The position numbers and the translations under genes were made by a program. This document shows, piece by piece, positions 49,901-61,620 of a stretch of DNA of 64,000 nt (its first letter is position 1; every line of letters starts with the position of its first letter). This DNA comes from Acanthaster planci. Lineage: Eukaryota. Under the pieces are notes generated by a model. It made no database searches and was not told the origin of the DNA. It worked only from the letters and a program-made list of their open reading frames with translations. The stretch lies in assembly GCF_001949145.1 (NCBI RefSeq), contig NW_019091362.1:434670-498669 (forward strand), given 5' to 3'.

Positions 49901-52900
49901 CCAGGTGGGGATGACAGATTCCAACAAGCCCATAGGAAAGCATAATGTAAACAAAGCGAACAGTCATCAGTGTATACTGGGACATGTACATGTAGGTCTT
50001 GGTTTTGTTGTCAGTTCGGTGCAATGCAAAGCATCATTTAACAACTTCTGAATCAGATGACAAGGCCAAGAGATGTTTTTCATTTTCTCGAAATTCACCG
50101 TATTCACAAGAGCAAAAACTTCATCAACATTGTAAGTTATTAAACGTGGGCCCCAAGATTTTGAGCAATTTTGTCACTTCAGTTGAAAAAACTGGCACAG
50201 ATGACAAATGGTCCATCCTACAGTACCGTGGATGAACTACCATAATGGAGTGGAATGGCCAAGTACATGTACCGTACATTGCACATATATGATTGGTAAA
50301 GAGCACAAGTGTACATACATGTAGATGGATCTTCACTTTACCACTTCCAGGTTTTGTACTCAGTCTGTCTTAACCATCCTGTCCACTAGAATGGTAATTC
50401 CAGAAATTAGGGGTCCATTTTTTGTCCGTCCCTGTATGTACCGGTATGTATGATTTTGTATGTTTAGAACACATTTTCTAATTTCCAAGAGTGATGAATT
50501 AATGCAAATTGCCTGCCAAACAAATACTGGTAGTAATAGTTTGAAATCAATTCCAGTGATATTTCCATGCCAAATAACAAAGGTCAGATGTAACAGGGAC
50601 ACAAAAATATCCCACTTTTGGACCTCTAATTTTTGGAATTACCCATAAGTCAGAAATAATGTGGTACCAAGCCAAGTGGAATTCATGACAGAAATGACTT
50701 ACATGTAGATTAGAAGTCAATCGAAAAGAAAACAGACCCTCAGTTGTACTGTTTCAGTTTTGTGGTTTATTATTATCAACTTATCAAACTCTGTATGAAT
50801 TACATGTTGTTGGATTAGAGTTTCCCTCAAGTGTGAGTCTATACATAATGCAGTGTATGCAGTTTCACAACTTCAGTGATTGAACACCCGCTATTGCTGG
50901 GTATTGTGTCGTGACTCATGTTGAGTGGGACGTTACCGTGATGAGTCCTACATACATGTTTGTAATATTACACAAGCTACTGCAGGGTAGAGCCATATGC
51001 ATACATGCACAGTGTGCACGCACCTGTGTATGCATTGCAATGAAGTGACATTCATTCTGTTGATGAGAAATTGTTGGACAAAAATAATCTATGGAGATAT
51101 TGATTTGACATTCTGAGAGAGTGCAGCCCTCACCATGGCTCATTTCATCAAGAATTTTGGCCTGCCTTAGTTACAGGTAGCTAATTAGTACAAGTATTTT
51201 ACCATGAACCCTATTGAAACTTACCAGGGGTATTGTAAAATAATTTGCCTTTCTGCATTTGTATGGATTCGGGTGTAAAAGTGATAAATGAAGGGGGGCT
51301 CATGTGGATTCTTTCCATCATGTTGGGAAATATCTTTAAAACTGAAATTGTCTCATGAATGTTTATGATTACTGTACCGGTGTACTGTACAGAACAGCTT
51401 GGACTGTGTATTCAAAAATGTTTTTAAAAACCTTTGTTTTTTATTGAGGATTCAAATGATAATTTAAAATCCTTGTATATAGTGACATACAAGTACCTGG
51501 TACATTAATGAACACAAAATACCGGACATAAAATATTCACATGTTAATTTTCAAAAAATAAAGTTACATGTATCTAAAAAGCCAAATGAGCTTTACATGT
51601 ACATACATCTGATAAGAGTAGATGTACATAAAACATACAACATCCAAAAATACTCCTCAAAAAAATCACACCAAAATTGTAGAATTATACATGTAGTACA
51701 CTCAACCGGACATAGAGAAAGGTAGACAACCCATCCAGCAACCAGAAACAACCAGCCAAACCACATCACCATACTAACAGACAAATAAAATGTACACATG
51801 TATGAAGCACTGAACGTAATTCAAATGTTCGACGTTCCATGCAATCAGATATTCAGATTCAGTCTTGCCGTATTCCCAGAGAAACAGAAACAAATTATGC
51901 TCTTGAAATTGTGAGTTTCAAGGCAAGGGTCTATCCCCTAGTCAAAAGAAGAGGCTGGGAGTCTATGTTTTGTTTTGTTTGTTTATTTTGTGTGTGAAAT
52001 TTATTCTCTTTATCCCAGTGAGATCACACACGTACTAGTTTACTTTAAAAAGTGTAACATTGTAGAGTGTTGGATATTTGCATCAGCTGCGTTTAGATTG
52101 ACACAACACCCTGTTGCTTCTAAGATGTATTTTTGTAACTAAATAATTTGACTTTGTCCTTTTTTTCATTGATTTTTTCTTCCGAATATTTAATTTAATA
52201 AAATGTACAATATGTGAATAATAATAATATTCAAATATGTGATAATCCATTGAGAATACAAATATTGAAATTATTAACACAGCCCCAACAACTACTGGAA
52301 AATGACATGTACGTGTACACACGTACCCATAGGTGTACTGTTGAAGACTGTGCGAAGAAGCTACATTGTACATGTATGGTATTCAAGTGTCAGCTGTCTC
52401 GTGTCTACAGATGACAATAATTGAAACCCTTCATGTAACAATGAAGAAGCGACACAAGGTCAGTTCAGGTGAAGCCTTATTGTGTTTCAGAATCATAAGA
52501 ATTCCAAGCGTACCCATCATGCACAATAGTTAATAGAATACTAGTCATTAACCACACTGGACAGCAATCAAGATTTAGCAATCCTTTAGGTGTCAAGCCA
52601 GCCTGCTTGTGTGGTTTTGCTGAACACATTAGCTTCAGGGATTTACGCATATGGTACCGATACAATTACATTACGTAAAGGTACATGTACCAGCAAACTA
52701 CAGCTGAGCCCAGTACATTATGTTTCTTTGAAGAGTGCACATGCAATGAAAATCATGTTTGGGCATGTGCAGTAGTACATGTACATGTACACTACATTTA
52801 GATACATGTACATGTACATGTATTGACCATGTTGACCCTGATGAGAGTATTCATGGAGTACATGTACATGGCATGTGCCTGTACATGGTGTCACAGGTGC

Positions 52901-54514
52901 ATGTACATGTACACATACATTAAATTTACATGTACATGTATTTCTGTAATCAGAGACAAGTTGTTATGATTTGGAAATGCTACGCATAAAAACTGTAAAA
53001 AAAAAAATAATAATGTCTTGAGAAATTTGGTATTAGTTCTTTCCAAAATACTTTCTCACAAGCCAAATTTATGCTTGTTACAATTACAATTAGGGTACAA
53101 TATTTAGCATCCAGACATTATTCTATTCGTACAATGTACATGTACCGGTACATAAATATTGTACATGTATATCAGCAAAATTTTGTAAATTGCAGATACC
53201 GTACATGTAGATGTACTTATGTACACATACATGTACATGTATACCGGTATATGTACAGTGTACTGTACTTGGCTAAATTTTGGATGACAGTCATATTAAC
53301 TAGAAATAAAGTCTATTCAGACAAACTGGACTTCGAACAAAAATCGAGGATTTTGTCCCAGTGGACAATTCTTGCTTCAGGTTTGAATTTGACCATGTGT
53401 GAGCTGAAATTTGTTTCACAAGAAAACTCTTAAAAATAAGATAAAAGGAACAGAGAGAAATTTAGTATTTGTTTTTCTGGGCAAAAATGATTACTTTGCC
53501 TCGATCAGATTGCACACTGCATTGTTTCAGCCTATCTCTGTTGATACAAGCTTCGTGGAATAAATTATGCAGGTAAATTGTGTGAATTTCCTGTGTTTGT
53601 ACATGGAATGTTTTCACAAACAGAAAGACAATCTCTGTTCATTTAGAAAATGCTAGCAAACTGTTCCAAACCATTTTGCTGTCTTATGCACCAGCTTGAT
53701 TAAACTTGGCATTTTGTGTGGCATTGGTGCTAAATGGAGAATGATTTGTGTGTGTTCCTAGAGGTATTTACTCTTTGCTCCAATGTGTATTTACCCACCA
53801 GTTCTATGCTTGTCTGACATTTTGCACAAAATTCTGTGCATACTGATTATTTCTGCCTTTTGTACCAAATCTCGAGTGCCACTCCTAACATCACAAATGT
53901 TTCACACTGTGTGTGTGTTTTCAGCTAAAATTGGGCTAAAACATATGCCCCCAAACCTCCAAAACGTCATAACAAAACCCAAAAGTCCCAGTACTCCTTA
54001 CAGTACCAGTAGCTGTGCAGTCATCTGTTGGCCCACTGCTATTTCACGTATAATGAATTGGAGTCATGTGTAAAAGGTTGTTTTGTTACGAATAGGCGTT
54101 TCACACAAACTTTGTTGGTTTCATCAGTTGTCACAGATCACTGAACTTTAAAGAATGGAAAATGTACGTGTACGGTGGACCGTACATGTAGGAATTCACA
54201 TGTACATGTACATTTGTACTAGTGCTGTACATGTATACATACATGTACATGTTGCAATGTCGATTGTGGCCAACTTATACAGTGCTTGTACATGTACATG
54301 TACGGTACATCTCACTTGATAAACACGTACAGAGCTTCAAACTATAGTGTAAATTATCTTCTGCCTGGCAGAAAGGTATTCAGGCAATTTTCTCTCACAC
54401 AACTCACATCACACAACTCACAGTTATGCTGTTTTTTTGGCATCACTGACTTGTCACTGTTTTTCTTTAATCATCCTGTCCATCTACAGAGCCCTTGGGA
54501 ATGATGAGATAGAG

Positions 54515-56323
54515 ATGTCAGCCACCATGTCAACCAGAATTGGTGGCAGTGCTGGTAGCGGAGGTGGTGGTGGAGGCAGTAGCGGCAGTGTCAACCTTGA
54601 GAAGAGATCCTCTGTTGCTCGGGAGATGCACGTTACCACCACCCCAGGAGCCAAAGTCAGTAAGTTACGCCACCTGTTTGAGGCCCCGGCCCAAGAAGTA
54701 AAGCCCCCGTATAAGTCCAAGATCAACACGGCCAATGGTGTAGCACACCCTGCACATCGACCATCTAGTCAGGAGTTCAACTTGAACATATTAGCACATC
54801 AACAGCAGAATGAGGACCAATATGAAGAGAAGTCGTCAGAGAATAAAGGCGATCCTAGAATGCGGTTCCAGAATGCACGAATGCTCTTTGAAACCACTAA
54901 CCGGGCGACAAGTCCACCAACAGCAAGGAAGAGCTCATCCACAACAGCCAAGCAACCGCTCAGTCCACCAACCAGTCCTCATGTCAATAAGAAACGCTAC
55001 AGCCGTAATACATCTACAGAAAGTACAGGGACTTGTAGCTCCGGTGAGAATGAATCTCCGAAGAGAACCCTTGCTGGACGGCCGTCTCCTGTTGAGACTC
55101 CAGAGAAACCGTCACGCCGCTTCGATGCCAAGGTATCCGATAGTACTAGCACACGCAATACTGGCCCAATATCCAAAGTAGTCCAGGATTTTTACTCACC
55201 AATCCAATCAGCCAGCACAGATCCAGTTCACAAACAGCCCCCTCATGAGAGGACCAAGCCTTCGCCTCCACCATCACCAAGAACAACAAAGCCTCTCCAA
55301 GGCATTAGTGTGGAGAATGGAGGGATGGAGGGGACCGCTGATGATTTCACGGAGCCGGCAGTTGTGCGTCGTGCTCGTATGCGCTCGTGTTCACCTGAAG
55401 AGGAGAAGAAACGTCGTAGCCTGGATGATCCTGTGCCTTTTGTACGGAAGGAAGTAAGTCCCACAGATATTCATCATGTTCAAGCACCCAAGACCAAGAC
55501 CGTAGTCTCTGCCTCATCCCTCATAGCCTTAAACCAGCCAGACATTAATTTACGTGAAAAACTCGGTCTTGATCTTGAAGGAGGGACACACATGGAGGAA
55601 AGGAAATCTCCTCTTTCTCCAACTTCTCCCACGGCCAGGAAACCTGTGGTTATGCGTTCGGCTGGTTCCCAGCACAAGCTACGAGCAGGCATCCGCCGTT
55701 ACTCTCGGGAGTATGAGGAAGATGACAGCGAAGAGATATCCTCTGAATACAGCACCCAGGCTTCCGCCTCTGACACTACTGTTGAAGAACGTGAGATCAC
55801 CGTGTCTGCCGCAAAAGCCGAGGAGACCGAAGCGAGCCCCTTGCGGGATTCAAGCATCGAGTCGACTCGGACTGATGCCCCTGGTAGAGGCTCCCATCTG
55901 GGGGAATCCCATGTCAAGGCCAACCTCTGGACTGACACCGATGCCAACTCAGATGCTTCCACAACATTCCACTCACCGACGGGCCAAGTGGATGAGCCAA
56001 ATGTTACTGCATCCACCTATGCAACCACTTGTCAGAGTCCTCAGAGGGACCAAATCAAGAGCAGGGACCTTGATAAACTAGAGATGGCAATGCAAACCAA
56101 AGAGACAGCGATAATCGACGATGAGGATGAAGAAGAAGAGGAGGAATCAGAGGAAGAGACAGAGGACCAAGAGATGGATACCAAAGAGCTGGAGCTGCAG
56201 CTGAGCCAGGAGGCTCTGAATATCATAACTGGGAGGGGGAAGTCTTCTTTCATTGAGATTATCGATTCAGCTCAGGAAGATGAAGACGAGGATGAGGAGG
56301 CAGCCAAGAAAGTGCTACCACAG
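54515..56323 (+). CDS. PPP1R9A: Neurabin/spinophilin (PP1 regulatory subunit 9) large N-terminal coding exon; PP1-binding, PDZ and coiled-coil exons are expected beyond the window
   Basis: Acceptor CTACAG at 54488-54489, ATGs at 54515 and 54527 (GCCACCATG), 603 codons, donor CAG|GTAAGG at 56324. GAKVSKLRHLFE and RMRFQNARMLFE resemble neurabin actin-binding segments (GSNVNRIKNLF, SKFTETRKMFE), followed by an S/P-rich disordered region and acidic tracts. Supported by position next to sarcoglycan. Confidence 0.78.
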
Positions 56324-57216
56324 GTAAGGAATTTAGTAAGTGTTGTGATGCTGCACACTTGCACCTGTTACATTCATCCCTACAGGTACATGTACATGTA
56401 CAGGTAGTAACTCGTGATTGTCTCATTGATACCTCACAGAGGTTTACATGTTCATGTATTCATGTGTACCTCAGTGTTACATGTACCTCATGGCAACTTT
56501 ATGGAATTTTTGTTCAAGGACAACATTGCTGGACTTACTATGGTCACTTCTGGACTTACCTTGCCATAAGGTTGAAATGCATTGTGGAGACACCAGTACC
56601 TCACTGTTAACTCATTACCTAAAGGCTTTCTAATGACTTATGATGTATATAATATCCTTGGCTTTTTAGTCATACTCACAGGATAATGTTCAGTACACGT
56701 ACATGTATACAATGTATGTACATGTATGTATGGTTTACGAGTATGTACCGGTACCAGGATATGCTGGGTACAATGTACATGGTACCTGTGCCTGCAAATC
56801 ACATATTGATGCCATCGTCTTCAGGCATATACATGTACATGTACCCCGGTACTAGTACCGGTACCATACACCTGTTACACCATAGACTAGTTACCTGTAC
56901 ATGTACATGTACTATGCTTTACGCAAAATATGCAAAACTTTACTGAACACATGGTACATGTACATGTGAACCCCTTTTTCTTGTACTTAAAACTATTGGC
57001 ATGTATTGTGTCATACCGGTACATTACCGGTAAGTTCTTGCCGGTACAGATACGTTACATTTGTAATTTGCATAGAACATGTGTCACATGTACATGTATA
57101 TATACAGTACATGTACCGGTACATGTATGCACTGGTAACATACCGGTACAATGTACATGTACAAGAATGTGCAGTATGCCTGCAGGTGCAAGTGCATGTA
57201 CACCTACAGACATGTA

Positions 57217-58247
57217 CAGGGTGTCCAAGAAAAAACCAAACCCTGAGGAAAGGGTTTAATATGCCCAAACCATGAGATATGATTATAATGTACATGTATC
57301 TCTGAAAAGTAGAAGCAGTATTCTTTCTAATGATACCTTGATGGTATCCCTCCTGTCATGCATGACTGAACAGCATTGTCTTGAAAATGGGGCATCCGAA
57401 CTCAGTTGTAACACTTTGGATGCGTTCCAGGAGCCATTGAGCAAACTCCCGTCTCCTCCTGAGGTTTCCACGCAAAAGTTGGTAGCGGATATGCATTCAG
57501 GTATGGATGGAACTGCAGGTCTAACTGCGTTATGTGGATAAACGAAGAATGGGACAGTCAAGGTCCATTCCTCCTGCAACTGGTTCCCCTTGGCTGTTCG
57601 ACAAGTTGCTGTCGAACGGCAGCAGTGTTTTCAGGAGTTCGGCACTGTGCGCCTCCTTCCCGAATGACCCTTATTCAAATTAAGGCTTGTCCCATGTTCT
57701 CGGTATTTGCGCACATTTTCCCAGATGGTCGACTTTGCCGGTAGATCCCTATCAGGGAAGGCTTCCCTAAATGCAGCTTGGGTGGCTTGAAAGCTCTTGT
57801 TTTCAAAACATTTTGTCACGACAAACACTCTTTGCTCTTTGGTAAGTTGCACTATGTTGCAGACTTGCTGTCATGCTTCGAACACTTTTCAACACTGCAC
57901 TGGCCTACCGGTACCTCAGGGCAAGTCAACACATTTAAACCAGATTATTGCATAACTTGAAAGTGACAAAAGGCAATCTTCCGTCCTCAAGATGACCTTT
58001 GGTTGTCACCTTCAACCAGGACAACCTCATTCACTGGTTTATCCAAGTGAGTTAGGATGCCCCATTTTCAAGACAATGCTGTTCAGTCATGCATGACAGG
58101 AGGGATACCATCAAGGTATCATTAGAAAGAATACTGCTTCTCCTTTTCGGAGATCCTTATACATTATACTCATATCTCATGGTTTCGGCATACATGTACA
58201 TGCATTAACCCCTTTCCTCAGGGTTTGGTTTTCTCTTGGACACCCTG
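57217..58247 (-). mobile_element. Internally deleted Tc1/mariner-superfamily transposon (DD37D/maT-like), about 190-bp TIRs, TA TSD
   Basis: TA|CAGGGTGTCCAAGA...TCTTGGACACCCTG|TA. TIRs at about 57217-57404 and 58048-58247 are largely identical. Contains a transposase N-terminal remnant. Confidence 0.95.
57410..57855 (-). pseudogene. Truncated transposase (N-terminal HTH region only)
   Basis: Probable start codon decayed to ATA. VQLTKEQRVFVVTKCFENKSFQATQAAFREAFPDRDLPAKSTIWENVRKYREHGTSLNLNKGHSGRRRT, frameshift, RTPENTAAVRQQLVEQPRGTSCRRNGP*LSHSSFIHITQLDLQFHPY, frameshift, MHIRYQLLRGNLRRRREFAQWLLERIQ, then runs into the TIR before the catalytic domain. Confidence 0.9.
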
Positions 58248-61200
58248 TACAATGTACATATGTACATGTACATGTACCTGTACAGATTGTAAACTCAACG
58301 ATTGACTCAGTGGCCAAAGGTTATTACAGGTATGAATCACAGCGTACCCAGTATGGCTAACTGTTGGGGTTGCATGGATATTGACTGGTAAATATTTCAC
58401 ACCTTGACACAGGTCGCCACCCATCATCAGTTCTTCATAAAAGCGAACAATAATGCACTAAGGCCCCATGTACATGTACCGGTATGCCTGTAGTATTTAC
58501 TGCTTAACATTCAGCCTAATATCGGCATAGTTGATACTTGGTACATGGTGTTCACGCCATAAAAATTATTAATAGGGAGAAAAATGGAAACAGCTGTGTA
58601 CTGTACCATTTATATATAGTCTCTTTTATTGTTTAAAAACATTGTCTGCTGTTGATATTCAGATGTACCGGTACCCGTCCCGGAACCGGTACTCGTACAT
58701 GCGTACATAAGGAAATTAAGCAGATAAAATTAGAAGTTTGGAATGTACTGTTCATGGGAATAAAACAGGTACAGGTGCATGTACATTGTACCGTACATAA
58801 TGTACATGTATGTACTGGTACATGCATCATTTTTCTTTTTACATGAGGTTTTCCCGGGGATGGAGTGTCAAATGAAATCCCTTTTTAATGTAAATTGTGT
58901 CCTGGTAATTTTGAAAAGTTTTTACTTCTAAAAATGGTCTTTCTATGAAAACTACTGGTACATTCCTCTATGCACAACACCATGGTCATGTCAACTGGCG
59001 TTTGTACATTTACTGGTACTATACACTACGCGTATCATACTGCTTTGATATTATTTCCAGAGAGTAAAGTTATGGTTCCTGTCCCTGGCTTGATTGGAAA
59101 AACAATTCAGTAGTTCACTGTTGCTGCAGAAAAAAAGTGTAACAACCCAGGCCTTATTCCAAGGCTTCTTGATAATGCTGTGACCAAATCGATATGGACA
59201 ACTTGAGTACATCCTTACCAGCTGGCTTGGGGTTATCAGTTATCAACTGGTATCCATGACAAAAACCTTCAAGATGGATTAGAGGTTGTATCCAGATTGG
59301 GCTGACCTGATATTTCACAGGGGCTAGGCAGGTCAGTTTATTGCCCCTGGCCCCTGGGATTGAGAAACAGGAAAAGCAGTAGTTAAGGGATGTTTGACTT
59401 CATAGTTTACATTCAGTGAGTGGTTCTTATTTGTTCTGTGGATAGATACTTGGTGGTGTACATGTACATACATGTACTGGTACTGGTAGATTTGTTTGTT
59501 TTAGGCCTGCCCAAAACATATTGATAACGAAAGTGCAGTGCAGGTACATGTACATGTATTAGGGATACATTAGGGAACTTCACATGCACTCTAATCTAAA
59601 GTGAGCAAGTTACAATGTACAGACATTGTAAGTTACACCATAGAGCAAGGACATTACACAGAGTTGTAGTTTAAAAGCTCACTCCTGATAGCATTATTCT
59701 GGGACCTATGTCTCAGGACAATTAATTCCAGATCACAATTTTAGAATGTGCAGTTATTTTTTGATTCCCTGTGCTTGTCAGATGTAGAAAATTGTATAAT
59801 TTAGTGCAAGTTACATGTACCTACATGTACCATACATATATTCATGTACAGGTGTGTTGCTGTTTGTCGTGACCCTTGGACAGCCACACAGAAACTTGCT
59901 GTTGAGACCTGTTTGTCTGAGATAGTGCTCGCCCCACATTAGACTTGAATCAAGTCAGACTTCCCGTTGCTCTTCTCTGGTCAGCCATCCCTTCACTGTA
60001 CACAGTACATGGTCATCGCACTCGACTGCTCACGTAACTTCTTATAAGGCGCCCTCATTTGATAGCCTTTCCGCAATATCTGGTATCAACGTCAAAGATA
60101 TTCAATGTGTGTCACCAGTCATGAGTCCGACTTGGCGGATAAGCCAATAAGACCCCCTGGTGATATGTAGTTATTCATAAATCCATATGAACGACATGAT
60201 CCTCCATTTTATAATGCACGAGTATATGGAATTTCTACCAATCAAAGTAGTCAGACTTGTAGACTTGTTCATGATAATGGAGAGAGTACATGTACCGGTA
60301 CATGTATGAATGATGTAAAAACAAGTCTGGCAATTTGATTGGCTGCTACCTCTTTTGGTAGATGAGCTACTTCACTGTGTACAAATGGTTGGCAGATTCG
60401 TCAAGTCGCGATTTCTCAACTCCAGTAATAAGTGGACACGAGAGGGCGTGAAGTAAGTAATGCCACGCAGTGCCTCCATATCCAAAGCATACCGGTACAT
60501 GTAAATGCAGACGTCACGGAGGATCCCAACTTGAGTCAAGTCTAGCCCCACGTCTATAATGTACATCATGTAACAGGATACTCACTGTTTTTCACAAGTT
60601 GCATTAAGTGATTGTACCTGTACCACAGTATTGTGGATGGGTCATTGCATTGTCTGCCTTACATGTGAAAGAAAATAGTTTGGACTGCAGGTTACCCCAC
60701 TTTTCTAGCTGTCTAGAGGAGATATTTCGATTGAACAAATTTAAATGGGCAATGATTTGTGGAGGCGGTAAAAAATTATTTTCTAGAATGGAATAGTTCA
60801 CTGCACGTTACCAAACCTCATTCATGAGAGAGCTTTCTCAGCCTGAAGACCATTATGGTCAGACAGATGCATGCATTAATTAAAATGGCAGCTCCTTCAT
60901 TTCCTCCCCCCCCATTCAAGATATTTAATACCTTAATGTTCTGCCAGACTGGTGCCTGCCATAACCATTGTGGAAGCGACATCCATCAATTTGTCAAGTC
61001 CACTCTTTCCTTCGGAATCCATTATTGAGTTTACCCAGGAGTCCCAGTGGTGTAAAGCAACAACTCTGGAGCCATTGTTCAGGTGCATCAGCCACAGCTG
61101 CTGCTCCTCGTATCTCAAATCTTGTCTCGTCCCGCCTCCCGACGCCTCCTCCCATTACTCCTAATACCACCTTGCCTCTGTTTCATCAAACATCCCAGCA

Positions 61201-61566
61201 GCTATACCATTAGGAGAGATGGTATCAAGTTATGCTCTGATCCCACATAGCCCTTGGCATCAGAGAAGAAATAAGCATTTACCAAAAAAGTAATTTCAGG
61301 GCCAAAGTGTTGCGGTTGTCAAAAATGATTTGCTGTTGTTTTGAATGGAATGGCAAAAGAGACACTTCAGGATAACTGGGCCTTTGTGATTTAAAAAAAA
61401 AATGAAAAAAAAATGGGAAGAGTTTACTAAAGAAAGAATAATTTCAAAATTACAGAATGGAAATTTTCTTTTGTGATACCAGCATACACCATATCGCTGC
61501 AATTTTGATTCAGAGGAGATGTTACACTGTACATTAACTACTGGTACTGGGACATACATGTACGTA

Positions 61567-61620
61567 TTGATTACACCATAAGGTTGATTACACCATAAGG
61601 TTGATTACACCATAAGGTTG
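61567..61620. repeat. 17-bp tandem repeat x 3
   Basis: Three exact copies of TTGATTACACCATAAGG plus TTG. Confidence 0.95.

Noticed and set aside
54437..54489. ORF-track N terminus MASLTCHCFSLIILSIY as a signal peptide, and the C-terminal tail to 56407
   Set aside because: The first is the polypyrimidine tract before the acceptor at 54488-54489. The second is intron read-through past the donor at 56324.
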